Positions 55,703 to 64,000 of a stretch of DNA of 64,000 bases are shown in pieces. A model generated the notes under the pieces. The model saw only the letters and a list, made by a program, of their open reading frames with translations. It ran no database searches and was not told the origin of the DNA. A program made the translations under genes and the position numbers. Origin of the DNA: an archaeon. Its GTDB lineage: Archaea > Undinarchaeota > Undinarchaeia > Undinarchaeales > JBDRKL01. The stretch covers positions 62,766-126,765 of the forward strand of contig JBDRKL010000007.1 in the NCBI GenBank assembly GCA_043814055.1. Direction: 5' to 3'. Position 1 is the first letter of the stretch; each line of letters starts with the position of its first letter.

Positions 55703-56712
55703 AAGAAATCCGCCAGGCTCTTCTGGTCCTTCGCGTGCGCTGCTTTTCCAAGTTTTTCTAGCGCGTTTGTGATTCTTTCTTTTGAAAAGTCGTGGCGCTC
55801 GTGCAGAATTTCCGTGAGCTTTTCCTCATTTGGAGCGCCCCATTTGAGCGAGTAGTCCTTTGTGATTTCCGGCTCTGTAAAGATTTTCTTGACCTCGAGA
55901 GGATCTACGCCGAAATCAAGCTCTTTTGCCCAAGCTGAGATTGGTTTTTGCCTTATGTGCTGCAGGGCTTTCTTTGGACCGATACCTTTTATGCCGGGGT
56001 TGAAGTCAGTGCCGACCATAATGCCGATTTCAATTAATTGCTCCTGGCTTAGTTTAAGTTCAGCAAGGGCTTTGTCCAACTCCAGCATTTCAGGGTTTAC
56101 GTCAATGTACACATTTCTACGCGGCAGTTTGCGCTTTCCAGTGATGTTCACGTTGCGTACGAGCTTTGGAGCTCCGAAGAGGAGTGAGTCAAAGTCCTGC
56201 GAAGCAGCAGCGAATACGTCCCGCTCCTTGCACAAGTGAGCTGCCTGAGCCTCGCCTTCGCCAGGGGATTGCACCCAAGGGAGTCCAAGCGCGTCAAGGA
56301 GCTCCTTGCACTCATTGAGCATATCCTCGGTCAGTTTGGATGTGGCCTGGGCGTATTTACGGGCGCCTTCCATGTCGCCGCGGTCTTTTGCAGCTGTCCA
56401 CTCGCGCTGGGCTTTTTCCTTGGTTGCCTTGCGTTTTTTAAGGGTATCTGCCTTGAGCTGAGGCGGCTTGCCATCAAACACGTAGCAAGGGAGCACACCA
56501 ATTTCCATTAAGCGCATATTCCTGTAGAAAATTCCTGACAAGTGCGAGGTAATCTTACCCCTGGAATCCATCAATGGTGTTCCGTCGTGCTGGCGGATTA
56601 TGCTGAGGAACTGGTAGATTGTGTTGAAAGCGTCAACTGCGATTTTCTTCCCAGCCAAGCTATTCAAGTCCAGTTCTTCTGCTTTGATTAAATCGCCCAA
56701 GTCAACGCCCAT
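55699..56712 (-). CDS. fen: Flap endonuclease 1
   Basis: DAFNTIYQFL, TSHLSG, EGEAQAA, SQDFDSLLFG, GTDFNPGIKGIGPK; PIP box QKSLADFF. Confidence 0.96.
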   Translation of the reverse strand: MGVDLGDLIKAEELDLNSLAGKKIAVDAFNTIYQFLSIIRQHDGTPLMDSRGKITSHLSGIFYRNMRLMEIGVLPCYVFDGKPPQLKADTLKKRKATKEKAQREWTAAKDRGDMEGARKYAQATSKLTEDMLNECKELLDALGLPWVQSPGEGEAQAAHLCKERDVFAAASQDFDSLLFGAPKLVRNVNITGKRKLPRRNVYIDVNPEMLELDKALAELKLSQEQLIEIGIMVGTDFNPGIKGIGPKKALQHIRQKPISAWAKELDFGVDPLEVKKIFTEPEITKDYSLKWGAPNEEKLTEILHERHDFSKERITNALEKLGKAAHAKDQKSLADFF

Positions 56713-56768
56713 CTTCTATATAGTTTCTATAGGCAAGGTTTATTTTTAAAGATTGGTAAGGAAGCGTA

Positions 56769-57065
56769 ATGGGAATTATAATAGAAAAAGCCTCAATATT
56801 GTGCAGTGCTTTTACAATCGGGGCGCTGATTTTTGGGCTGGATCCGATGAAGGCTTTTGCCGTCGGGATAATCGCGTTTATGCCGATTAGGATGTTTCTT
56901 GGCGGCAAGATAATGTCACAGAGCGGGACCGCGGCGAGCCTGGGCGCAGTTGTTGGGTTCCTGTACGGGCTTGAGCCAATGACAGCATTCTTCTGCGGGG
57001 TTGGGGCAGGATATTTTTACTTGTACTGGTGGTTGTTCATCTTTCCAAAAATAGTCGGGGATTAA
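56769..57065 (+). CDS. Small membrane protein with an internal repeat
   Basis: GLDPMKAF / GLEPMTAF repeated TM-hairpin unit. Confidence 0.55.
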   Translation: MGIIIEKASILCSAFTIGALIFGLDPMKAFAVGIIAFMPIRMFLGGKIMSQSGTAASLGAVVGFLYGLEPMTAFFCGVGAGYFYLYWWLFIFPKIVGD

Positions 57066-58598
57066 TTATTCTTTTGGTAAAACCCGCTTGTATAAATCAT
57101 CCGTCAGCTTGCGACCGTTCTGTTTCTCCCATTCCTCAATTGACACGCTGAATTCCTTTTGTATCTTGTCCCTGTAGAGTTCGGGCATCACGTTGAAGGT
57201 GCAGAATGGGATTACGCGGCCGTCGGGCACTGCGTAGTGGATGCAGCACTGCTGGACTCGCTGGATGTCATAGTTGTAGCCATCCATGAAGTGCATCATT
57301 CCGATGAAGAGTGTTTTCTTGTTGAACTCGCCGAGCGCATCGTAGTCGTGCTTTATTAGGACATTGTAGAGTAGTTTGCCGAGTTTTAGGTCTGCAGGAG
57401 CTTTCTTCTTGTCTATGAAACTATTGAGCTTGTAGAGTGCTTTCGCGCTGACGGCTGCCTTATTTTTACCAGACCTAAGCTCTTCCGTAGCCTCGTCAAG
57501 ATATTCAAAGAATCCTACGTGGTCAAAGAAGCGCGGCATTGGGATGTACTTTGTGCCGTCGTTGACAGCGTAGGTTGCCATTCCGCAGGCAAAGTGCGAA
57601 CCGAATTCGTACTGCGGCTTTCCAGTCATTGCTTCAACAAATTGGGATATAGGAAGTGCCACCGGTATTGGATAGAAGTCCTCGCGGGCGAACTCGCCAT
57701 TGGTCTGTTCCTCTATCTTTTTGATTGTGTCAGGAATTGTGATTCTGGACTTGTCACGCTCTTTCTTTGGCATTCGCCCCACAAGGGAAACCGGCTGGAA
57801 GTTCACTGCGCGGATTGTGTCGTTGTTTTGGCCGGCGAAGCGGAGTATGTTCCCGAGATCGTGGTCGTTTACGCCCTTAATTACGGTTGGGACTAGGACA
57901 ACGTGCATATCTGCCTTGCGGCAGTTCTCAATCACATTTGGGATTTCCCAGTGGTTCTTTGGATTAGTTTGAGGGGTTGTGCCGTCATAGCTCAGGTAAA
58001 ACACATTTGCTCCGGCATTCTTCAGATTTTGCACAAGTTCCGCGCTCTGGGATATCTTGATTCCATCTGTGTTTACTTGAATGTGGTTAAACCCGAGTTC
58101 TTTTGCCATCTTGACAATATCAATCAGGTCTTCACGTACAGTTGGCTCGCCCCCGGTTATTTGGAGCCCATTGCATTGTATTGGTTTTTCATTTCGCACG
58201 GTTTCCATCATTTTTCTTATCTGCTCCATTGTCGGCTCGTAGACGTAGCCGGTTTTTTGGGCGAAGAAGAAGCAATACCAGCAACTCAGGTCGCAACGAT
58301 TGGTTACTGCAATGTTAGTGAGTGTTGAGAAGGACTTGTGATTTTTGCAGAGCCCGCAATCCTTTGGACAGTTCGGATTTTCCTTGGTTACTTGGGGATT
58401 TTCAATAGCCCGTGCCTTGCGGTCAAAGCTCTCCGCCTTTTTGTACATTTCATAGTCGCTCCAGTAGATCTCCTCAAAATCGCCGTGCTTAGGGCAGGTC
58501 TTTTTTATCCAGACCTTGTTGTCCCGCTCAAATACCTCGGCTGGGAGGACTTCGTAACATTCTGGGCATATGCTCTGGGTGTCTCTTAGTTTGTTCAT
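57066..58598 (-). CDS. tes: Tetraether lipid synthase (Tes/GDGT-MAS, MJ0619-like radical SAM)
   Basis: N-term SICPEC..CPKHG, CPKDCGLC..H, TNRCDLSCWYCF, NFQPVSLVGR, HFACG, CCIHY..PDGRVIPFCTFN. Confidence 0.88.
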   Translation of the reverse strand: MNKLRDTQSICPECYEVLPAEVFERDNKVWIKKTCPKHGDFEEIYWSDYEMYKKAESFDRKARAIENPQVTKENPNCPKDCGLCKNHKSFSTLTNIAVTNRCDLSCWYCFFFAQKTGYVYEPTMEQIRKMMETVRNEKPIQCNGLQITGGEPTVREDLIDIVKMAKELGFNHIQVNTDGIKISQSAELVQNLKNAGANVFYLSYDGTTPQTNPKNHWEIPNVIENCRKADMHVVLVPTVIKGVNDHDLGNILRFAGQNNDTIRAVNFQPVSLVGRMPKKERDKSRITIPDTIKKIEEQTNGEFAREDFYPIPVALPISQFVEAMTGKPQYEFGSHFACGMATYAVNDGTKYIPMPRFFDHVGFFEYLDEATEELRSGKNKAAVSAKALYKLNSFIDKKKAPADLKLGKLLYNVLIKHDYDALGEFNKKTLFIGMMHFMDGYNYDIQRVQQCCIHYAVPDGRVIPFCTFNVMPELYRDKIQKEFSVSIEEWEKQNGRKLTDDLYKRVLPKE

Positions 58599-58601
58599 TT
58601 T

Positions 58602-58635
58602 AAAGTTTTAAAACTTTTAAAAAGTATTAAATACT
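58602..58635. promoter_or_regulatory. Palindromes in the tes / regulator divergent promoter
   Basis: Perfect 16-bp AAAGTTTTAAAACTTT (58602-58617) and AGTATT-A-AATACT (58623-58635). Confidence 0.45.
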
Positions 58636-58654
58636 AATATATTTAAATGTTGTT

Positions 58655-59134
58655 ATGGACCAAATAGACAAAATAGAATCTGAAATAATAAACGATTTTA
58701 CAGTTGCAGCCTCGCTATTTGGGTATTCTGAAGTGCACGGAAGAATACTTGCTGCCCTATTGGTTGAGGGGGGCGACCTTTCTTTGGAGGACCTTGCAAA
58801 GAAGACTTCTTATTCCACAAGCATGATATCACTAAGCCTGGACCTTCTTGCAGTAATTGGAATGATAACGAAGGTTAAGAAACCAGGGGACAGAAAATTA
58901 TATGTTTCGCTCCAGGGAGAGATACTGCCAGCGTTGAAAATTGCCATTGTGTTAAAGATACAACAAGGCGTAGTAAAAGGCCGGGCCAATTTTGAGGAGT
59001 ACCGGAAAGAAGTTCGGATGTTAAAAGACAGCAAGAAGAAAAAAGTGTTGGTCACGCTGGACAAGCTAGACCACGAGCTTGAGCGAATTGAAAAATATAT
59101 AAACAGATTAGCTGAAGTTGAGCTGCCAGAATAG
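58655..59134 (+). CDS. GbsR/MarR-type winged-helix regulator
   Basis: GYSEVHGRILAAL, LSLEDLA..T.YS.SMIS.SL, KKPGDRKLY. Confidence 0.85.
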   Translation: MDQIDKIESEIINDFTVAASLFGYSEVHGRILAALLVEGGDLSLEDLAKKTSYSTSMISLSLDLLAVIGMITKVKKPGDRKLYVSLQGEILPALKIAIVLKIQQGVVKGRANFEEYRKEVRMLKDSKKKKVLVTLDKLDHELERIEKYINRLAEVELPE

Positions 59135-59143
59135 GTGTGACTA

Positions 59144-59614
59144 ATGCTTGAACTAATTTACATCGCGGTGGTATGGATACTGCCTGCGTGCTTTGCAAAC
59201 GCGACCCCTGTACTTTTGGGAGGAGGGGCGCCTATTGATTTCAAAAAAAAGTTGAAGGGAAAGCGGATTTTGGGGGACAATAAGACCATTCGTGGAACCC
59301 TTTCAGGAATTGTTGTTGGAACGCTCACTGGGCTTGCATTTGGCAAGCCAGAGCTTGGAATGCTTCTTGGCATGGGGGCGATACTTGGTGATTTGGCAGG
59401 GAGTTTTTTAAAAAGAAGGGTGGACATAAAGCCAGGGAAATCGTTTCCACTGCTGGACCAATATGATTTTTTACTTGGAGCGCTTTTATTTGCGTCATTT
59501 TTGGAATTTCCTTCCTGGGAAACACTGGTAATCATGCTGATTGTAGTGCCGCTGCTGCATCTTGCAGCTAATTTTGGAGCATATCTGCTCGGTTTGAAGA
59601 AAGTTTGGTGGTAG
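59144..59614 (+). CDS. carS: CDP-archaeol synthase
   Basis: LPACFANATPV, PID, LGDNKTIRG, GDLAGSFLKRR, LDQYDF, LGLKKVWW. Confidence 0.92.
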   Translation: MLELIYIAVVWILPACFANATPVLLGGGAPIDFKKKLKGKRILGDNKTIRGTLSGIVVGTLTGLAFGKPELGMLLGMGAILGDLAGSFLKRRVDIKPGKSFPLLDQYDFLLGALLFASFLEFPSWETLVIMLIVVPLLHLAANFGAYLLGLKKVWW

Positions 59615-59619
59615 GATTT

Positions 59620-60915
59620 TTAGGCGTAGCGTGACCACATCTGAAGGAAGTGCACAACAAGGAATACTACAACTGCAACAAGCAAGCCGAGAGTTAAGTA
59701 GAATATGAGTGTGCTTTCTGCATCAGTTGTTTCCTCATCTGTTTGAGTGGTTGTATCTTCTGTGTCAGTGGTTGCATCCTCTGTGTCAGTAGTAGTATTC
59801 GTAGCATCTGAAATGACTTCAAACTCAACTGAGCTTGTGAAAGACTCCTCAAATTTCCAGTCACAGTCCTCATAATCAACCGTAAGTGTAAGGCTGTACA
59901 TTCCTGATGCTATGGTGTCCGCGGTGTTTATCGCAAAAGTTTCAAGCGGGTCTGCTGGATAGTAGGCGGTTGGCTCTATCTTGTTGTTGAGCGGAGTTAT
60001 GGTTTGAATTGGAATTGATACCTTGCCATCTGATGAGCCCAGGGATAATTTGACATTGCAGGCAGAGTGACCGCCGGTGTTGCTGTTGTAAAGGTAGACC
60101 TTCACATCTGCACTCTCGCCTTGCTTGAGAGTTTTCGGCATATCAAGCTTTGCGTTCATTTTTGGAGGCTCTGTTCCCTTGACCTTGTCTTCGTTCATTA
60201 CAATAACGCTTTCATTGAATCGCTGGGTTGACGCCAAGCCGTCAACATATTTGTAGGAGACAAATATTGGGATGTAAACTGTTGTGTATATTATTGTGTC
60301 TGGCATGCTTTTTTGTGGCTTGAATGTGATTGTGAAATCGCGCTCGTCGCCCTTGTTCATCTTGTTCGGGGCGGATTTTGTTTCGTATATGAAATATTGA
60401 GGATTGTCCAAGACGTCAACATCTATTGAACTAATGTCAGTTTCGCCGTCTGCCTTCATTGAAAAAGTCACAAAAAGTGTATCGTTGGAGTACTGTCTAC
60501 CGGTTCCGCTTGAAAAGCTCTTAAGCGTTAATCCATTGCTTGCAAATACAGGGTAGGTTTCTGGGGGGTATGAAACGCCATCGGTTTCGTAATATATAAT
60601 TGAAATGTTTATGTAGCCGGACGTTGGCAAGGCCTTGTCAAGCACAACGGTTCCGGTTCGCTCTGGCCTTATGCGCAACACCGAACTGCTGAGAACTGAA
60701 ATGTTCTCCCCATCATACTGGAAGACCAAATAACCACCATGGGCACCTTCTGCATCAGGGATTATGTCCGAACCAAAGTCATTTCGCAGGTCAAATGCAA
60801 TGGAGCCATTAACATCTTTGGTGTCCATAACTGTGAAAAAACTTCCGGCAAAAGCGCTCGGAACCAGCATCAGTAATAAAAAAGCAACTGCAAAGATTAA
60901 TATTGATTTTCTCAT
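59620..60915 (-). CDS. Surface protein with signal peptide, Ig-like/COG1361-like domains, Thr/Asp-rich linker and C-terminal TM
   Basis: N-terminal signal, beta-rich body, TTTDTEDATTDTEDTTT linker, C-terminal hydrophobic anchor. Confidence 0.7.
   Translation of the reverse strand: MRKSILIFAVAFLLLMLVPSAFAGSFFTVMDTKDVNGSIAFDLRNDFGSDIIPDAEGAHGGYLVFQYDGENISVLSSSVLRIRPERTGTVVLDKALPTSGYINISIIYYETDGVSYPPETYPVFASNGLTLKSFSSGTGRQYSNDTLFVTFSMKADGETDISSIDVDVLDNPQYFIYETKSAPNKMNKGDERDFTITFKPQKSMPDTIIYTTVYIPIFVSYKYVDGLASTQRFNESVIVMNEDKVKGTEPPKMNAKLDMPKTLKQGESADVKVYLYNSNTGGHSACNVKLSLGSSDGKVSIPIQTITPLNNKIEPTAYYPADPLETFAINTADTIASGMYSLTLTVDYEDCDWKFEESFTSSVEFEVISDATNTTTDTEDATTDTEDTTTQTDEETTDAESTLIFYLTLGLLVAVVVFLVVHFLQMWSRYA
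59747..59788. repeat. 21-bp tandem duplication encoding the TTDTEDA/T linker
   Basis: gtggttgtatcttctgtgtca / gtggttgcatcctctgtgtca. Confidence 0.8.
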
Positions 60916-61976
60916 AGGACTCTAGTTAGAGTAAACGGTTTTGGTTTATTAGCTTTTCCCTTTTTTATCAATATGTCGGCTGCGAAGCAAGACTCGGTTG
61001 GGGAGTAGGTTTTCACGTTTCTTATTTCCAGAAGCTCAAATTGGGTGTTTGGCAGAAAGTCGCTTATTCTTTGCCGAACGCTTTCTTCAGAGTCCGTGAA
61101 GGTGTAGAAATTAATAATCCCTTTTTGCTTTAGCGCTTTCACCGCCTGGGGCAGGAAATTCTTGTCGGTTTTTGGCAGGTTCATTATGACGCGGTCTGCT
61201 TTTTCAGGAATTTTGGGCTGGAGCTTGGCAAAGTCTCCGCATAGGGGGGTTATTTTTTCACTAACCTTGTTGAGCGCAAGGTTTGTTTTAAGTGAGGAGA
61301 TTGCATCCGGGTTTATGTCTATGGCATAGATGTGTTTTGGCTGGGATTTTTTCGCAATAAGGATGGAGAATGGGCCTGCGCCGCAGAATGCGTCAACTAT
61401 TGTTTCGTTTGGTTTGACTTGGTTTGATATAATCAGGCGCTCGGTTGAGAGGCGGGGGGTGAAAAATACCTTGGAGAGGTCAAATTTGTATGTGCAGCCG
61501 TGCTCCTTGTATGTGGTTTCGGAGGTTCCTGTGCCGGCAATTTGCTGGAGTGAGCGGACGCGGTAATCCCCGGCAACCGCGCTGGTTTTCTTGAAGACTG
61601 CGCGGAGCTTTGGGTATAGAACTAGAAATGCTGAGGCGATTTCCCTTTCCTTTTGTTTTAGTTCAGCGGGTATTTCAACAACTGCGATTTCGCCGTAGAG
61701 GTCAAAGGATGTTCTTAATTGTTTAAGCTCTGTTTTTGAAAGTTTCTTGCTTAGAATTTCAGTAATTGAGTGAGGTCTTGCGGTTTTTGGCTTGAACTTC
61801 TTGTTCAGTACTGTGCCCAATTTTTCTGCAGTTTCTTTTTTGATGCCTTTCAGCGGGAAATAAATAAAAGTTTTTTCAGGAATTACTTCCCTTGAAATGT
61901 CTAGGAGCCCCTGGGCGAGCAGTTTCTTTCTAAGCGGCTCGGCTTTTTCTTTTTTTACTTTAATACAAAGGGTCAT
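60912..61976 (-). CDS. trm5: Trm5/Tyw2-family tRNA methyltransferase
   Basis: SFDLYGEIA, GDYRVR, EHGC, VFFTPRLSTER, DAFCGAGPF, DINPDA, MNLP; start ATG 61976. Confidence 0.85.
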   Translation of the reverse strand: MTLCIKVKKEKAEPLRKKLLAQGLLDISREVIPEKTFIYFPLKGIKKETAEKLGTVLNKKFKPKTARPHSITEILSKKLSKTELKQLRTSFDLYGEIAVVEIPAELKQKEREIASAFLVLYPKLRAVFKKTSAVAGDYRVRSLQQIAGTGTSETTYKEHGCTYKFDLSKVFFTPRLSTERLIISNQVKPNETIVDAFCGAGPFSILIAKKSQPKHIYAIDINPDAISSLKTNLALNKVSEKITPLCGDFAKLQPKIPEKADRVIMNLPKTDKNFLPQAVKALKQKGIINFYTFTDSEESVRQRISDFLPNTQFELLEIRNVKTYSPTESCFAADILIKKGKANKPKPFTLTRVL

Positions 61977-62541
61977 TTTGTATGCTGCAGGAGTAGAACG
62001 TGTCAAGAATTAGCACTGCGATGCGGCAAGCTGCTGCGTCCATTGCCTTCTGGCTTTCTGCTGTTACTGTCACGACTGGGCCTGAAACTTCTATGGAAGT
62101 TTGGCCTGCGTCTGACCTAAAGAGGATAACTGGGGTTTTTGTGGTTGCGTTAGCGGTTGTCATTACTGGAACTGTTGGCTTTTTTGCCCACGGCTCTGTG
62201 AAAGCTATTTTGTGAGGTATTCCTTGACTTATGAGTGTTTTCTGCACTTCATAGACTGAGCTGCCGTAGGCAGCAGTGCCATTCGGGTCCATTAATAGTA
62301 TTATATAAGATACTTTTGAATTGAGTAGAGCGGTCCAAGCCTCGTCCTCGTGCGGATATATTGGAATAGCAGAGCAGGCGGTTGCGTTTGCCCTAAATGG
62401 GACAATCTGGTTGTTGCACACGAAGTAATCAGAAGTTTCTCGCGGAGTTGTGTCTGGCCACACCGCCCAGACAAGGAATATGGCGAATGCGAGAAGTGTG
62501 AGTAGTATGAAGAGATTTACTGGGGAAAATTTTATTTTCAT
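61960..62541 (-). CDS. Membrane-anchored hypothetical protein
   Basis: N-terminal TM; ends overlapping trm5. Confidence 0.6.
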   Translation of the reverse strand: MKIKFSPVNLFILLTLLAFAIFLVWAVWPDTTPRETSDYFVCNNQIVPFRANATACSAIPIYPHEDEAWTALLNSKVSYIILLMDPNGTAAYGSSVYEVQKTLISQGIPHKIAFTEPWAKKPTVPVMTTANATTKTPVILFRSDAGQTSIEVSGPVVTVTAESQKAMDAAACRIAVLILDTFYSCSIQNDPLY

Positions 62542-62580
62542 ACGCTCTGCTAAGTTGTTTTGAGTTTATATTTTTAATCC

Positions 62581-62672
62581 AAAAAAAAGGAAAAAAGAAG
62601 AGGGGTGCAAACCCGCAAAAAATGCGGGTTGCACAACGCGCTTACGCGCGTTTGTGCGTTACCCCTCTTCTT
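62581..62672 (-). terminator. S-layer gene terminator: 12-bp stem plus T-tract, loop interrupted by a 49-nt double hairpin
   Basis: AAGAAGAGGGGT (62595-62606) / ACCCCTCTTCTT (62661-62672); TTTTTTCCTTTTTTTT follows on the minus strand. Confidence 0.7.
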
Positions 62673-62682
62673 ACAGTATGTT

Positions 62683-64000
62683 TTAGCCTACGTATGCGGT
62701 TTTGCCGTCAAGCGTTGCCAGGTTTGCGTCGAATGCAGCCAGCATTGATCCAGCATCTCTGCTGTCATCTGCTGTGTATCCTGCAGCGACAATTGCGTAT
62801 TTGCCCTCGGCAAATGCGTCAGCAACAAGTTCAATGCTGAACTCGCCATCCTGGTCAATTACACCGGTTGCGTCTCCACCAAAGTACTTGAAGGTGTTCA
62901 CGAGCTTTCCTTCGGTCTGGAGCTCATTGACCAGCGTGTTAACTGCTGGTCCACCAACAAGAACCAATGTGTAGGTGTTCTTGTCTGACTGTGTAACCTC
63001 AGAGTCGAGCCTTGCCAGAGTGTTTGGCAGAGTGACTGGGGTCTTGCCGGATACTGATCCTGCAACCTCAATCTCTATGCCGCCAATCTTTGTGGTCTCG
63101 CCTGCTGCCACAGTTACAGGGGTTCCCTTGCCTTCAGACAGAGTCCCAAGCACAATTTCACCGAAGAGCTGCTCACGTGGCATCTCAAGGGTTACCAAAT
63201 TGTTTCCTGCGGTTATTTCAGTTCCCCATGGGGTTATGTAGTCTCTGGTCAGTGGCTCTGTGGTGCCTTCCCTTGCAATGAAGTTCGCGGTTGCAGATGC
63301 AGTTGGGAAAGCTGCAAAGTACACGTATGCGCTTGTGCTGTCCGTGTTGTTTACGTCCTCAAAGCGACCGTTGTTGCTGCTGTAGGAGCTGTTGTACTCA
63401 ATAGTTATGTTGCTCGTTGCTCCAGCGCCACCTCCGCCGTTTGTGAACAATGCTGGTTCAGCAATGTTTACATAGCCATGTCCAAGACTGCCTACCGCCT
63501 CACCTGACACGTTGCTGAAGTACCTGATTACTGCAGAGTTTGCAGTTGTCAGTTTCACAGCAGCGGTTGTGCTTGCGGTGTATGTCAGAGTTGACGTGGT
63601 TGGGTCTTTGTAGTAGAACTTGTCTGTTCCTTCTGTGGTGTTTATCCATATTTCGTTGGTCAGCTTAGTTCCACTGTACACAATGTAATCCCCGCCAGGT
63701 GTCCTAACTCGAATTACCGGCTGTGCAGTTCCGCTCTTGTCAAGGTCGCGTGTGGTTGGCTGTACGTCAACCTTCACATAGTCTGGGGCGTTGCCGTACT
63801 TGTCAGTTAGACCGTTGTAGGTCAGAGCAAACAAGCCGTTTGGTGATGGATTGCTGTCGCCTGGGTACAGGACTGGGTCAGATGTTCCTGTGGTCAAGTG
63901 CGACTGGATGTCCTTCACCGTTATGTTTGTGTTGGTTGTGGTGTTGGCCAAGTCGACCTGCCAGGATGTCTCAGTTCCGTCGCCGAGTGTCAGGTATCCG
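62683..64000 (-). CDS. S-layer glycoprotein, C-terminal part (5' end lies outside the window)
   Basis: LARLDSEV..LVLVGGPAVNTLV..IVAAGYTADDSR motif of Methanococcus/Thermococcus-type S-layers; many NxS/T sequons. Confidence 0.8.
   Translation of the reverse strand, partial: GYLTLGDGTETSWQVDLANTTTNTNITVKDIQSHLTTGTSDPVLYPGDSNPSPNGLFALTYNGLTDKYGNAPDYVKVDVQPTTRDLDKSGTAQPVIRVRTPGGDYIVYSGTKLTNEIWINTTEGTDKFYYKDPTTSTLTYTASTTAAVKLTTANSAVIRYFSNVSGEAVGSLGHGYVNIAEPALFTNGGGGAGATSNITIEYNSSYSSNNGRFEDVNNTDSTSAYVYFAAFPTASATANFIAREGTTEPLTRDYITPWGTEITAGNNLVTLEMPREQLFGEIVLGTLSEGKGTPVTVAAGETTKIGGIEIEVAGSVSGKTPVTLPNTLARLDSEVTQSDKNTYTLVLVGGPAVNTLVNELQTEGKLVNTFKYFGGDATGVIDQDGEFSIELVADAFAEGKYAIVAAGYTADDSRDAGSMLAAFDANLATLDGKTAYVG

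Overview
Archaeal chromosomal window. Archaeal markers include AglB, an S-layer protein, archaeal-type GAPDH, aEF-1beta, FEN1, Pth2, CarS, TATA promoters and a BHB-type tRNA intron; a DPANN-like or other uncultured lineage is plausible but cannot be proven from this sequence. Positions 1-42.5 kb form a large mosaic surface-glycosylation island around aglB. It holds a GDP-heptose pathway (hddA/gmhA/gmhB/hddC plus transaldolase), Gmd with a His-type PLP dehydratase, many GT2/GT4/GT-C enzymes, a flippase, three B12-radical SAM proteins, and two uncharacterised sugar-activation operons, one with a GtrA/GT-C/phosphoribulokinase-like triple fusion. Positions 42.5-64 kb are mostly housekeeping: truD, pth2, ribL, gap-pgk-tpi, ef1b, tRNA-Leu(CAG) with a 104-nt T-loop intron, fen, a tetraether-synthase/regulator/carS module, trm5 and an S-layer gene. 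The most unusual signal is a family of 69-77 nt non-coding double-hairpin ('dumbbell') insertions. They sit exactly at start codons, duplicate the ATG context (usually AAATGA), keep their structure by covariation, usually carry a replacement Shine-Dalgarno, and often form a bridging mini-ORF. Shorter elements with the same repeat/anti-repeat/repeat geometry occur inside the tRNA intron and inside the S-layer terminator loop. All calls come from visual reading; no database searches or folding programs were run.
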